From Octopus vulgaris (lineage: Eukaryota), in contig OX597815.1 in assembly GCA_951406725.2 (NCBI GenBank), positions 94,798,001 through 94,862,000 on the forward strand: DNA of 64,000 nt, given 5' to 3'. Positions 39,377 to 53,738 of the stretch are shown piece by piece. The position numbers and the translations under genes are program-made. How positions within the stretch are numbered: position 1 is the first letter of the stretch; each line of letters begins with the position of its first letter. The notes under the pieces are model-generated. The model was given only the letters and a program-made list of their open reading frames with translations, had not been told where the DNA came from and ran no database searches.

Positions 39377-40596
39377 CATTGAGGTTGGACAAAATAATGT
39401 AAACACCTAGCATTATAGCATCATAATTTCGAAATATCTATAAAACCGTCAAAACCTTCTTTATTGTTATGTTTTTTGATTTATCATTAGTGTTGCTTAA
39501 TATATTTTACTAATATTGCTGTTTCTTTTCAGATATCATCAGAAGAAGGTAATTAAAATTCATTAAAGTGACAGATCTGTCGGACTTTCAAAGAGGTCAA
39601 ATTGTTTGTGATCGTTAGCGTAATGAAAACAGCCGAAATGTTTGGTGTATCAAAAAGTACTGTCTCGAAAGTAATGACAGCCTTCGAGAAAGGGAAAACA
39701 TCCTCGTCGAGACAAAACTCTGGAAAAAACCCCAAAACTTTCAGATAGGGAGCGTGGACACTTACGCAGAATTTTAGAAAGATCACAAAAGTACAGCTCC
39801 CAAAATTACTGCAGAACTTAATGACCACCTTGAGAACCAAGCTTCCACAAAAATGTTTCCACGGATTTCACAGGAGAGCTGCAATCTGAAAACCACTACT
39901 TTCAAAAACAAACGTTGTTAAGCGTTTAGAGTGGAGTAAAAACCTACAGAATTGGTCCCTAGAGCAGTGGAAGAATGTTATTTTCTCGGACGACTTATCA
40001 TTTACCTTATTTCCGAGCAGCGGCCGAGTATACGTGTAGAGACAGCCAAAAGAAGCATTTGACCCAGACTGCCTTCTTCCAACTGCTAAACACGGAGGAT
40101 GATCTATGCCTTGGAAATCCGCCGGCCCAATGCCTTCCCTTCATGGTAGAATTAATAGTCAAGACTATTTAAGCATTTTATCTGATCAAATTCATCTTAT
40201 GGTTGCGGGACTGTTTCTGGGGGGGGGGGACGCAATCTTTCTGGATGATAATGCACCAATTCATACAGCTAAAGTTGTAACTGAATAGCACGAAGAACAT
40301 TCTAGTGAAGTTGAACATCTTATCTGGCCACCACAGATTATTCAATATTATTGAACATTTATGGTGCATTTTAGAAAAACAAGTGATGAGTCGATATTCT
40401 CTACCATTATCACTACACTACAAGAACTGGAGACTGTTTTAGCTGAAGAATGGACAAAAATCTTTTGAAAACAATTCAAACTTTATACGAGTCCATAGCT
40501 TGTAGAATTCAATTACTGCCAAAGGCGGTCCTACACCATATTAAAATAAATTTGTTTGAAATTATAAGGTGTTTCCATTATTTTCTCCAACCCCAG

Positions 40597-40597
<1 letters not shown>
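39377..40597 (+). mobile_element. Tc1-like DNA transposon, near full length, degenerate transposase
   Basis: TIRs CATTGAGGTTGGACAAAATAATGTAAACACCT / AGGTGTTTCCATTATTTTCTCCAACCCCAGT in TA context; DLSDFQRGQIV, TAEMFGVSKSTVSKVM, VIFSDD, DDNAPIHTA, NIIEHLW. Confidence 0.92.
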
Positions 40598-40625
<28 letters not shown>

Positions 40626-40628
<3 letters not shown>

Positions 40629-40799
40629 CTTCCGCCAACAACCGCCTCCAGCCAGGTTTCGACCACAGTCCCTACTAGATTCCCATAGATGTCGCAGTGG
40701 AGCCAAAGGGTGCTATTTAAGAGAGCAGGGCACCATAACGTCACCTTTATTGTGGACTATGGTCGAAACGTCACTGGAGGCGGTTGTTGGTGGAAGGCC
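40626..40799. repeat. GC-rich inverted repeat, ~46-bp arms
   Basis: ggccttccgccaacaaccgcctccag...tttcgaccacagtcc vs ggactatggtcgaaac...ctggaggcggttgttggtggaaggcc. Confidence 0.85.
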
Positions 40800-41689
40800 G
40801 TCTGTGTGATGATTGTTTGCCTTCTTGCTATACTTCCGGAAATAGTCAGAGGTGGTTGTCGAAAATGTTCTACGACCTCGCTACGCCTCATTACTATCAT
40901 CCTAATTTCCTCAATTGTTATTCCGTAAATAACTATGTGTGGGTACAGTTGACAGACACCAACCACTCTACTTCCAACATCAATGCCTTTTATGCAAAAC
41001 TATCAAATTTAGTCCGCAGACCCTGCATATCACAAATCATCGAAAATCAAATGAGTGCCCTGCGGATGATCTGGTCTCGCAAATTGTTGGCACATCTATG
41101 CTTAGCATTCAACATCGTTTCTAAGCTAAACTAAGTTATGTACTTTTATATACCCCCATCTTGTATTTAGCAATGCCTGCGGGAGAAAAGAGGTTGACAA
41201 GAGGTTGTTCACCATCGTCTTCGAAATGTATCAAGTCCTCTCTTTTTCAAGAGAATATCCGACCCCTCTAATGGTTGTTTCTTTATCCTTTTCTCGAAAA
41301 TCAACCTGAATGGAAATTAATTTGTTAGATACTGCAGACATCTGACATCACCTTCACTAATAGTCTGTCTATGAGGGATGTGACAATTGATACTTATAAT
41401 CCTTCCGATAATAAATTTGCTAATATGCTCCCAGCAAACTGCGCATTAATAAAATCATCTTGTAAAAGAGACGCCAACCATGCTGAGGCAAACAATGTCC
41501 CCAGTATCCGGTGCATGAATGGCTAGGTATGTGATCACTACTGATGAACAAGCTACGAGTTTTTTTCATCCTGCAGGGTAACCGACTTAGAAGAAAACAC
41601 CCTCCTCGTATAACAAGAACATTCTATAAACAACAGAAAAATGAAAAAAAAATCTAAGAAATGTTAAATACTGAAGGCGCAAAAAACGT

Positions 41690-42800
41690 TCAGGGCTAGA
41701 ATCTGGAGCAAAGAAGTTCAACATAATATATAGTTACGGGGATTTTAAAAAGAAATGGAAGATGGAACAACAGAAGAGAATATAACAATCCCGGATATGA
41801 AAGTAAAAGAGATGATTAAGAAAATACTAAACTGGATAGCTCCTCGGACCAGATGGTGTCCTGTGTTCCTGGCTCAAAAATCTCCCAAGTATACGCAGCT
41901 ATATAAGACCGTTTTCTACTGACTGCAGAGAAAATGAAACACCAACATGGATAACAAAAGGAAGGAGAGTTCTGATAAACAAGGGCAAAGAATAGAGAAA
42001 GGAAGTCAGCAATTATAAAACTAATACTTGCTTACCATTACACCGAAAATTTAACTAGCCTGATTGCAGTTGAAGTGTGTTATTTTCTGGAAAAGGAGAA
42101 CCTATCGCCAGAAGAGCAAAGATGATGCAGGGAGAAATCAAGAGGAATTACTGATTTGCTATATAAAGAAAGCAGAATATTAAATGAGGGACGAGTAAGA
42201 AGGAAGAATTTATATGTTGGATGGATAGATTACAGGAAAGCAACGACAGTGTTCCACATAACTGGCTCTTCGAATGTCTGAGAATACTTGGAGTCAATAA
42301 GCAGTTTTTTGGACAAAGAAATGAGAAAATAGGAAGTAAAACCAGCATGTACAAATGAATCGCTAGGTAAGAGGAAAACACGTAGGGGTAGTTTTCAAGG
42401 TGACTCGCTCCCCCCTTTACGCTTCTTCAGTGCCCTAATCACTCTGACAAATATATGAAGAAACTCGGCCCTGCCTATGAGTTTACCAAAACCAAGACAA
42501 TAATAAATCACCTACTTTAAATGGATGACCTCAAGATATATGTAAAAAATGAAAAAGACCTGGATTCTCTAAACCAAACAGTTAAAATATTCAGTAAAGA
42601 TATTGGAATGAAGTTTGGAGTAGATACGTGTGCAATACTAGGTATGAAAAGAGACCGGAAGATAAAGTCTGATGGCAAAAAATTACATCATTCAATCTTT
42701 ATGGAATAATGAGGGATACAAATACTTTGGAGTACTGCAACACGGAGAAATAGAAGGAGAAAGAGAGAATATCACGAAAGAGAACAAATGAAGAATTGGG
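41690..42800 (+). mobile_element. Older, heavily decayed R4/Dong-type LINE fragment
   Basis: NYK..TCLPL, PEEQ, DYRK..DSVPHNW, FQGDSLPP, NHLL.MDDLKIY, DIGMKFGVDTCA, YKYFGV. Confidence 0.8.
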
Positions 42801-44157
42801 AAAGTGCAGCTCCATAAGGTCGGGGACCTTGTTAAGGGATTTCGGTTTTTCCGGGATCAAAATTTTCAATCCGATTCTGGACCAGTTCTCCTGATAATTT
42901 TTAATTTCCAGAAGCGAATCCGAACTTTAGACCACAACGCACGCAACCAACCAACAAATGTCTAATTCTGGTGGCACATCTGATATTCTAACTTTCACCA
43001 CCCGCCGTCCAAGGTTTGTGGGAAGAAGATCCACGTGTTTGAACTGGATCATTGAGTGTTTTGGGGCCAGTATCTATTTGAAGAATCTCACTTCCACAGA
43101 ACCATATGGTCTCCCTCATATGAGGAAATCAATATCAGTCCAAATGCCCTTCAAGCATGTTTCTACTCGGATTTGTGGCACATTGAAGATTTTTCTCGTC
43201 GTTAGCGACACACAACTGCATACGATGGTCCTTTTGGTCATCTTCTCCATCAAATCTAAAGGGATAGCAAGCTTGGCTTTTCTATCTCCTCTATTGAGTT
43301 TTTCTGCTTCACTCAGATATGTACGTTTTCCTCCCAGGGAGATTTGCTCCTGCAATTTTGTTACTCATGCAAAGGAGTTGCTATTATTGTTACTGCTATT
43401 GTTGGTGGTGATCATATCGCTTTTGCTGCTGAAGTTGTTCCTATCGTTGTTCCGACGCTATTGTTTGTAGTGATGTTCATATCGTTGGCCGAAGTAGCCA
43501 AGCTACTTGTTAACGAGGGAGGGGGGAAATCCTTTATATCGTAGCTGTACAGCTTATTTGTCTCTTCCGTCAAAGTTTTACTGCTGTTATTGCTGCTGCC
43601 TCTGTTGCTGCTGCTGTGCTGCTGCCTCTGTTGCTGCTGCTGTTGCTGCTGCCTCTGTTGCTGCTGCTGTTTCTGATACTGTTCCTGCTGTTGCTTCTAC
43701 AGTTGTCTTTGTTTTTGTTGTTCGTAGTGGTAGTGGTGGCGGTGTCGGAGGAGTTGTTGTTTGTGATTGGGATGGTCCTCTTGCCTGCTTGCTTGTCTAG
43801 TAGTCACGCCAACAGGAAAAGAACTGTTACCCCCTCTCATTCTTGCAGCAAGACATTTCTTTGTCTCTCTTCCTCTCTCATTGACAAATGAAACTCCCTC
43901 GAAACTATTTGTTGCTGCCATTGAGAAAAATTCTAAATGTTTCCACGTGGAATATAAAATGGAATAAATTTGATAAGTCCCCACCTCCAAATAGGGAGAC
44001 TTAAAAAAAAAAGAACTCACCAGCAGAACAAGGATCCCTTATTCTCCACCCTGGTTGAAAATGAAAAGAAAGCACCGCTATTTTCCGGAGAAAACTGATG
44101 ATTTTCGAAAACAAAATACGGTGCCGAGGACAAGCGTGGCTTCCTCGGGTGACGGCC

Positions 44158-44540
<383 letters not shown>

Positions 44541-46081
44541 GCATAGCGGCTTTGCTTCGGCTGTTCAAGTTCTGAGCTGAAATCTTATCGAGGCCAATGT
44601 TGACTTTCAACCTTTTGGTGTCGATAAAATGAAGTACTAATCAAGAACAGGAACCGGTGAAATCAACTTTCCCTCCTTCTAAAATTGCTGGTGTTGCCAA
44701 AGAGTTTTAACAACATCATCATCATCATTATCATCATCATCAGCAGCAGCATCAACATCATTGTGGAAAAGTCTACGCTAGAAATCTTAATAAATACTAA
44801 CGTAATTGTTATAAACTTTCAAAACTCTCTTTCATTTCTATCTCGGACACCATAGATATTGTTATCTCCCTGCTCTTTACGTGTGTTATGTATTGTACAA
44901 CTTTTTACATCATCAGCATTTTTCTTGTAATCTTTTCTATTATTGTAACCATACACATTTTTATCCATATCACATTTTTATGATCATTCTTTTTCTCTTT
45001 CATATTCTTCCACTGTCCTATCTTTCTTTTCTTCTATTTTCTATTACAAGAGTCATCTTTATTATCAAGTTCATGATTATTATCGTAATAATTGCCAATA
45101 TGTTCAATATCATAGCTGGTGTTATTCTAAAATTGTTTTTCATCTTTAGCTATCTGCAGCGTCTTTATCGATCACCATACATTATTTTTCTTGTCTTTTA
45201 TCTGAATATTAAAATCATTCGCCCTCGATTCACTTCATTCAATCCGATTACCTTTAGAAAAAAAAAAGAAAAGAATAGAAAGAAAAGGAAATACTGTCCG
45301 CATTTTCAACGGATGAAGTTAGTTACGCTGCTCACGACACTTACACATATGCTATATAAATCAGCGCTGTTATGTTCTAAATCAGACACAAGCTAAACTT
45401 ATAATTATCATTAGAACAATAATGATATACTGTTTGCTTTCGATCGTCATGTCCGGCAACCGTTTTATTATGTCGGCTTTGTCGCTTCTAACAATGTCCT
45501 GATGTTGCATCCTCTGTTTTATTTTCTGTCCTTTCTCGACATTTAACTCTTCTGTTCTTTCTTCTGTTGAAAATAATTTTGCTATCTTTCAGACATCTCT
45601 GTTTATATCCGTTCTAGCTTAAAAGGTCGATGGCCTTGTCTTCTGAAATCATTCATTTTTATTTGTTTAATGTTATGTATCTTTCTTTTTTTCAAAACTC
45701 GTTCTTTCAAAGAGTGTTTATATTTTGAAATAATGTTGATATTTTTTCCCAAGGAAAAATTAGCTTGTTATCTTGAGACGCGTCTTTCTTTGACTAAAAT
45801 CATTTTATTCTCAAAATGGAAATGATGTTGTGTAAACTTCAAGTTAACACCATTGTTTACAATGGAAGTAAATGTCGTTTCATCACGAATATGTGAGTGT
45901 ATATTAGCGACGATCAGAAGATGTGAGACGAAAGTAAGTATTGTAAGCATAAACACATTCTTACCAATAATTTTAATTAATATCTTTAAACCTGCTTGCT
46001 GAATATTGTTTAAATTGTTCGTATCCACATTGACAGCTGAGTTGAATATTTTATGGATTCAGCTATGTATTTTCTAACATT

Positions 46082-46353
46082 GTGTATGTATGTTTATCTT
46101 TGTGTGTGCATATGTATGTATGATGTATGTATGTATGTATGTATGTATGTATGTATGTATGTATGTATGTATGTGTGTATGTATGTATGTATGTATGTAT
46201 GTATGCATGCATGTATGTATGTATGCATATATGTATGTATGCATGTATGCATTTATGTATGTCTGTATGCATGCATGTATGTATATGTATGTATATGTAT
46301 GTATGTATGTGTGTATGTATGATGTATGTATGTCTGTATGTATGTATGTGTGT
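46082..46353. repeat. (TATG)n microsatellite
   Basis: Read directly. Confidence 0.95.
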
Positions 46354-49349
46354 AACATTTTATCTCATTATTTTCTACCTCTCTATATAAAGGACGATCT
46401 AGATAATTGAGAAGGCAATATATGAACTGTAATAACTCACTGGAGTTTGGTATCATATTTATCTAAAGTAACTTTACTGAAAATTGATAGGTTTTTCCCC
46501 CATTGGTTACATTCGTTTTATCATTTCCTTCATTTGTGGATATTTTTCACAATTCTCAATTGTTTGTATTAAGTTATTATGAATATTCGTTTCCCATGTG
46601 CCGATAATTAGCATATTTAACTAATTGATATGAAAAGGAAAATAATTATTTAGGTCATTAGTTGATATTTAAATTAACTGCAATATGGGACCTATTATAT
46701 AGAACACATTTTTGTTTCAGGGGAACTAAATTCAGCTTTTCAGAGAATACGTATGTTAGTTCTTCATTCCACCTATGTCGTCGAACATCTTATTCAATTT
46801 AATCGTTCAAAATCGCTATTTTTTTCCATATTTGAAATATTTATCCAATGAATAGGAAATTCAATATTAGCAAACACCGCACATAGAGTGTAACAAATTA
46901 TTGAATAAAAACAACTTTTTAGATAATATGTAAGAGCATCTTGAAAATTGCTTATGAATATAAAAATATCAAGTACATCACTGAATGTAAACTTAAAGAT
47001 AAGTTTCTAGATCATGAATAAGTTGTAGGAGATGAAGTGTCTCGTTTGGTACTGTAACTACAAACAACATAAACAATTTAGAGACGTATGATTCCACCCC
47101 TTTACCTTACAATAAATACTCATTTTTTCAACACATTATAATAGCTGTGCCTAATATGCACTTCTGTTGCTATTTGTAGCCGTCTCTCTACCTCCAAAAT
47201 CTCAAGTTCCATATCACATCTATTTTTCTTCATCTTCATTGTATCTCATCCACATATTCCCCTATGAATACTAAAATTTTCGCAGTATAAATACTGCGAT
47301 TTTGAGTATTCGGCTGTTTTTTTTGTATTTCATCGATCCTGAATTGATGAAAGGTAATGTTGACCTCAGCAGAGTGTCGGAAAAATGCTGTTCAGTATGT
47401 TCTCCTACACGTCAACTATTCTACTAACGCGCTACCTCCCCATCGACTAATTAATAAAAAGTAAACAAGCTCACTGTTTACTTATTATCACTGAAAGCTT
47501 TTGATTGTTATATAACACTTAATCATACAATCATACAATAATCAGTGACAAACAAATATACTAAGGAAAATATTTTTAGCTGTCAAACAGAAGAATCATA
47601 TGTATTATTTCTACTTGTTGATTAGATGGACGATGGAACAGTTACATCGGAAATAGCAAAGACATGTTAGATACAATTAATTACATAAATTAATTTTGAA
47701 TACTGGTATTGTTTCAAAGAGTCGTGGAAATATATCTTGGGGAATTTAAATGACCTTATATACTCCGATTTTAAAGTTCCAGTCTATTTTGTTATGCTAC
47801 GTTTCGATCTGTTTGATTTCCGATCACCACTCTGTGTCTTAAATCAGGATTATACGAGAACTAGCAACCAGCTTAGCAACGTTGTTCTGCAGCGGCTGAC
47901 TGATTTATGTCTGTTATGCATTGAGATGTCATCATCCGTTCGAAGTGCTTCTCTCTCTGTTCCACTGCTACAATAATGGCCTCAGTTCTGAAAACTAAAG
48001 GCCATTATTGTGACAAAAGAAAAATTAGAGAGAGTGGACAAAACAATGATGGGCCATAGATTGGAGCTTGCCTGTAATCTGTCGTTTATCTAGATGCAGT
48101 TTAGGACTTCAGTAACTGAAACAGCATCGCCACCATTCTGAATGAGAAAGCAATAGGTCATTGTTGACTTCATTTTAGCTTCGTAGAGTATCAAGAGTTG
48201 TTACAGCAGAGGTATCTTCTGGTCTTTAATAAGAAAAAAATCCCTGTCTCTGGTACGCAGACTTAACTATGCCAAGGCTGTAATTTCGCCAGGTGAGATA
48301 TTCGGTGATAGTGACAACCTAGAATAGGGGCGGTTGTAGGCTCCAGCTTATAACGCTTCTGATTAAGAGATATGGTGCGATAATAATTTCTTGGTGCGTG
48401 TAAGCCTTTCGTTTCTTGTTAATTTAAATAGACAAAATTAGCATATTTCTATAGGAGAGTGCTCTTGATGTGTCTGTTCATGGAGCCAGTGTGTGCTTTG
48501 CGTGTGATGTTACTCTTAAATGTACATGATGTATTAATGAAGAATGTTTAAGAAGAACGAAAGTTATATGTGTCTGGATAAAAGTGGGTGCTGATGGTTG
48601 CAGAAGCAAGTAAACAAATATAGAAGAAGGAGAGTGGGGGACAAAACCGAACCGGAAGATTAGAAAATTAGTTAATATACAGGATGATAGTACAAGCTCA
48701 TGAAAGAAATTCTCCAGGTTCATAAAGGGTCTTTTACCTTCTCCCGTTAAGGCCTCTGCTATTTGTCACTATGTTTGGTTTGTTTCACGTATCTAAGACA
48801 GTGACGATTGAACTTCAATATTTTATTGTTTATTGTTATTGAATGAACCAATTATTTATTAGGTAACTTTATACTTAGAGTGATTTCCCCTCTAAGTGCT
48901 TATAGATCACTAGAATCATAGTGAGGTACTGCACAACAGACCATATCAAGCACATACACATGTATATGTTTGTGTTTGTGTGTATGTGTCTATCTATATA
49001 CATACACACGTTTATGTACTGACACAAGCGCACTCATACATACCTGACTACCTAGCTAGCTAGCTTCCTACCTACCTACCTACCTACCTACATGTCTACT
49101 TATCTGCATACATACATATTGTTTGAGTTTGGTGGTCATGATTGCGAAATTTGGATAAATAGATGCAGTTGCAATGACCATGAACCACCTATAAACTGGT
49201 CTTACCTCTCAACATTCAATATTCCTCGCTTATACTCTACAGATACACACACACACACACACACACACAGATAGACAGATAGATAGACACAGACAGACAA
49301 ACACACGCACTCACGCGCACACATACACACACACACACACACATATATA

Positions 49350-49510
49350 TACAACGGGCTTCTTTCAGCTTCCGTCTACTAGATCCACTCTCAAGCCCTT
49401 CGTCGGCCTGAGGCTATAGAAAAGACACTTGCCAAAAGTACCACGCAAAGAAACTGAACCCAGATCCATATCGTTGGGAAATAAGTTTCTCACCACACAA
49501 CAACGTCTGC
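49350..49510 (-). mobile_element. SINE family 1, 5' half, diverged
   Basis: Similarity to other copies. Confidence 0.75.
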
Positions 49511-49589
49511 TCGAAATTATTCATCAGATCGCAGAAACGGATTAAGCTGCGGAAGGAACAAATTTTTTTTTATTTATGTATCAATAAAA

Positions 49590-49935
49590 CTACAAACAAA
49601 AGCAGTCAGAGAGCGCAAACTTCCTCCAAGGCAATAGCAACGTACTCTCAACGATTAGCCAGAGCTGATTTTCAAAATGAGAATATCTGAAATAAACTCG
49701 ACCATTCTCACAAACGAGAGTACTAAAAATGAACCCGACCGCTCTCAAAAATTAATTAAAATGACAGAAAAAATAATCCAGAATCCTAATCCGGTACCGG
49801 ATCGATCTCAAAATATACTGAGTTCGTACCAGTCTCAAGGCAAAACATTTCCGAAAGATTCATCCGAATCCATCGTTTCTTGAGATATCTTGTCCACGGC
49901 AAATAAACAAACAAACACGACTGAAAATAATAACG
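49590..49935 (+). mobile_element. Possible Helentron-associated (HINE/DINE-like) non-autonomous element
   Basis: Palindrome atccggtaccggat, 'ttcatccgaatcc..ttgagatatc' and (AAAC)n near the 3' end resemble this class. Confidence 0.4.
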
Positions 49936-50180
49936 AAATTCTGTGTCACCATAATATACAGCTACTCATATCCACTCCTTAATAAACACACACATACACA
50001 TATATTCTATTTAAGATCAGTTTCCCTGATCTTAAATAGCGATTACTGCTTTGTTTGAACTATTTCCTCATGTATTTTTAACACTATATAAATGCATCGT
50101 GAAGAAATAATAGGAAAAATGAAGACGACCTCAATCTCTAAGTGTTGAAAGATTGATAAACCAAATATATTAAATTATAT

Positions 50181-50430
50181 TACTCTTTTACTTGTTTCAG
50201 TAATTTGATTGTGGCCATGCTGGAGCACCGTGTTTAGTCGAGAAAATCGACCCTAGGATTTATTCTTTATAAGTCTAGTACTTATTCTATCGGTACCTTT
50301 TGCCGAACCGCTACTTTACGGGGAAGTAAACACACTGGCATCGGTTATCAAGCAATGTTGGGGTGACAAACACAGACACACAAACATATACACACACATA
50401 CATACATACATACATACACACACACACACG

Positions 50431-50490
<60 letters not shown>

Positions 50491-50664
50491 ATACATATAT
50501 ACGACGGGCTTCTTTCAGTTTCCGTCTACTAAATCCACTCACAAGGCTTTGGTCGGCTCGAAGCTATAGTAGAAGACACTTGCCCAAGGTGACATGCAGT
50601 GGGACTGAACCCGGAACCATGTGGTTGGTAAGCAAGCTACTTACCACACAGCCACTCCTACGCC
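50181..50664 (-). mobile_element. SINE family 1, full length
   Basis: Head GGCGTAGGAGTGGCTGTGTGG through tail, on - strand. Confidence 0.92.
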
Positions 50665-50860
50665 TATATCTGTGGGTTATCGTGTATTTAATAGGTTATC
50701 CAATCGTTTGAATGGCAGGAACTTATATGGAATTATCGCAATAAATAATCTATGTTCTACTTATGTATGTTAATTTTCAAAGTTGTACACACTTGTCAGG
50801 ATCCCATCAATAAATGGTAGATCTTATGCGTGGGCGATTTTGAAACGCAAAACAAACAAA

Positions 50861-51022
50861 GCGTAGGAGTGGCTGTGTGGTAAGCAGCTTGTTTACGAAC
50901 CACATGGTTCCGGGTTCAGTCCCACTGCGTGGCACCTTGGGCGAGTGTCTTCTACTATAGCCTCGGGTCAACCAAAGCCTTGTGAGTGGATTTATTAGAC
51001 GGAAACTGAAAGAAGCCCTTTG

Positions 51023-51102
<80 letters not shown>

Positions 51103-51175
51103 AGTGCGTGTGTGTATGTTAGTGTGTCTGTGTTTGTCCTCCCAACATCGCTTGACAACCGATGCTGGTGTGTTA
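50861..51175 (+). mobile_element. SINE family 1, 3'-truncated; head-to-head with the previous copy
   Basis: Same head and body sequence. Confidence 0.9.
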
Positions 51176-52052
51176 ACTGAACTTGTCAAAACTTCGCAAC
51201 TGTTAGAACTATTTTAAATATTACGCGGTACACATTCGCACTATGTGACCAAGATAAAAATACTGCAAAATCACAGCACATACGTGTAAGCTTGAATAAA
51301 CAAAATTACGTCGAACACAAACAATATTACCGATGGAAGCTGAACGACTGTATCCTGACATATTTGAGTTTATGTTTTGTACAAGTGTGTATTTTTGAAA
51401 CTAGAAAAAAAGTTCACTCACTTCTGTATTGCCTTGAAGTTTACATGTAATGTTTCTAATACGCATGCTTGCCTTTAGATGTTTGTTTCTTTTAATCAAC
51501 TGTAATATTTCATTCCATCTAATCAGCGTCTCTATTCAGTGATCCGAGACTGACAAACACTTTTATTTTCACTGAAGCTATGTATGCTCACATTTTTTAT
51601 GGTTTAGTCAAATGAAAGGCAATTCCCATGATCGATACTGCTGATGTTTAGCTTGACTGACTTTAAGTTGACGTGTGACTTTAAATATAACGTGAGCGGG
51701 AAGAGTTACTTTCTACAAATTTACGCGATTAAATTGCTTTTTGTACAGTTAAATGAAGAAAACATAATTAGGTTTATTTAATGACGTGTTGATGTGAAAA
51801 CAAATGGCATATGTGGAATAGATTAAAAGGTGGATAGTTGTCATCAGACAAATTCATTTTTGGGTCGGTGGATAAAGTAAAGTCAATCGATAAAAATTTC
51901 GTATTTGTTAAAAATATTCAAATATCTCTTGATAAACACACGAACTATGAACAAGAAGTATGCCCTCTTAAAAGTACAGTAACATGATATTTAACATGTG
52001 CTGAATCGAAAGTAGGCTTTAATATGTGTTTTAATATTTAAATTATTACCAA

Positions 52053-52265
52053 GTGACGAGTTGGTAGAAACGTTAGCACGCCAAGCGAAATGCTAAGCGG
52101 TATTTCGTCTGTCTTTACTTTCCGAGTTCAAATTCCGCCGAGGTCGACTTTTCCTTCCATATTTTCGCGGTCGATAAATTAAGTACCAGTTGTGTACTGG
52201 GGTCGATCTAATCGACTGGTCCTCTCCCCAAAAATTTCGGATCTTGCACCTAGAGCAGAAAAGAA
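52053..52265 (+). mobile_element. SINE family 2, well preserved
   Basis: tRNA-like head with GAGTTCAAATTCC B box; several related fragments in the window. Confidence 0.8.
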
Positions 52266-53287
52266 TATTTAAATTATACCGAACAAAAGTACCATTTATG
52301 GTTTCTTTACATATAAGCCATATTATAAGTACTGAGAACCCCCTTGATAGGCCGCTGATATTAAAGTGTTAAACCCAGTATGCAAATTAGTAGACCCAGT
52401 TCTTTGTAGCTGCCGGATTTGGATTTGTTGGATGCTTATTTCACTGATAGTAGTCAAAGTGAAGTACTCCCTATTGACAAGAACCCAACGAGGTTCAAAA
52501 ATCGACTAAGGCTAGCTGTTATTTTCCCAGTCTACAGAGAAAATGGTAAATATATCCTGTTAATACATGTACTACATGAGTTACACGCGCATATAACCAG
52601 TAGTTTGTTTCGTGACACTAATTTCAATAAAAACCTTCTACAACATGTAATGAATACTCCTTGCTCATTCAGCTGACATAAACCAACGTACTCATAATTA
52701 TATATATGTATGTGTGTGTACGTATGTATATATATATGTGTGTGTGTGTGTAAAAGAAAGAGAGGAGGAATGTTTGTGCGTATATAAGTGGGGTGTGTAA
52801 TTAGAACTCTGGAATAGTTTGTGCGTGTTTAATTGGTGAATAAGTTCCTAGACGTTTGCTTAATAAAACAAATCGCGTCTCGTTGTGTAAATAAACTCAA
52901 TACATAGAGCACAAGACTTAATTTCCACGAACAATTCAAACCGCAATTTATTCGCACGTGCACGCAACACATGCTATACGTTAATTAATGCGCAACCAGC
53001 AAATGTAACTTCGGGTATAATCAAGAAAAAGTAGGACAATATATCTTCTGGTTATATCTTCTGGTTACACTTTGAGTTCAAATTCAGTGGATGTTAAATT
53101 TATCTTTTTTCATTTCAAGATCAATAATGTACCAGTAATATGCTGATATTGACTGTTGTTCTTTCTCTCCCCCTTCTCTCTTTTCTCTCTCCCTCTCTCT
53201 GTGTATCTCTATCTGTCTCACTTTTCTCTCCCTTCCTCTTTACTTTTTCTCTCTACATACGACGGTCTTCTATCATATGTGATGTTT

Positions 53288-53393
53288 CCGAAGCTATAGT
53301 AAAAGACACTTGCCCAAGGTGCCCCGCAGTGGGACTGAACCCAGAGCCGTGTGGTTGGGAAGCAAGCTTCTTACCACATAGCCACACCTGCTC

Positions 53394-53395
<2 letters not shown>
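53288..53395 (-). mobile_element. SINE family 1 head fragment
   Basis: Similarity to other copies. Confidence 0.8.
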
Positions 53396-53448
<53 letters not shown>

Positions 53449-53520
53449 AAGGTGGAAAAAAGAGTACTCAAATACCAGTGGTAGAGTAATATGCTTTATT
53501 TAAAGCAGCAGAAAATTCAA

Positions 53521-53570
53521 CAAAATCTGTTACTCTGAGTTTCTCGTAGCCGTTCATCAGACAGTTTTTG
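53521..53570 (-). ncRNA. Minimal type I hammerhead ribozyme within a ~145-bp element (53445-53590)
   Basis: Minus strand: caaaa-a-ctgt CTGATGA acg gcta cga GAAA ctc a gag TA acag-a-ttttg; stem I 4+5 bp; quasi-palindromic stem III actcagagt; GUA triplet. Confidence 0.78.
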
Positions 53571-53600
53571 CTAGAATGGAACCGATATATCAATATATAT

Positions 53601-53665
<65 letters not shown>

Positions 53666-53738
53666 TATATATATACACATACATAAATATATATATATAT
53701 AAATAAATATATAGGCGCAGGAGTAGCTGTATAATATA

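Noticed and set aside
48280-48770. Possible L1/Tx1 RT remnant on the minus strand
   Set aside because: Only vague similarity to the NYRPISL region.
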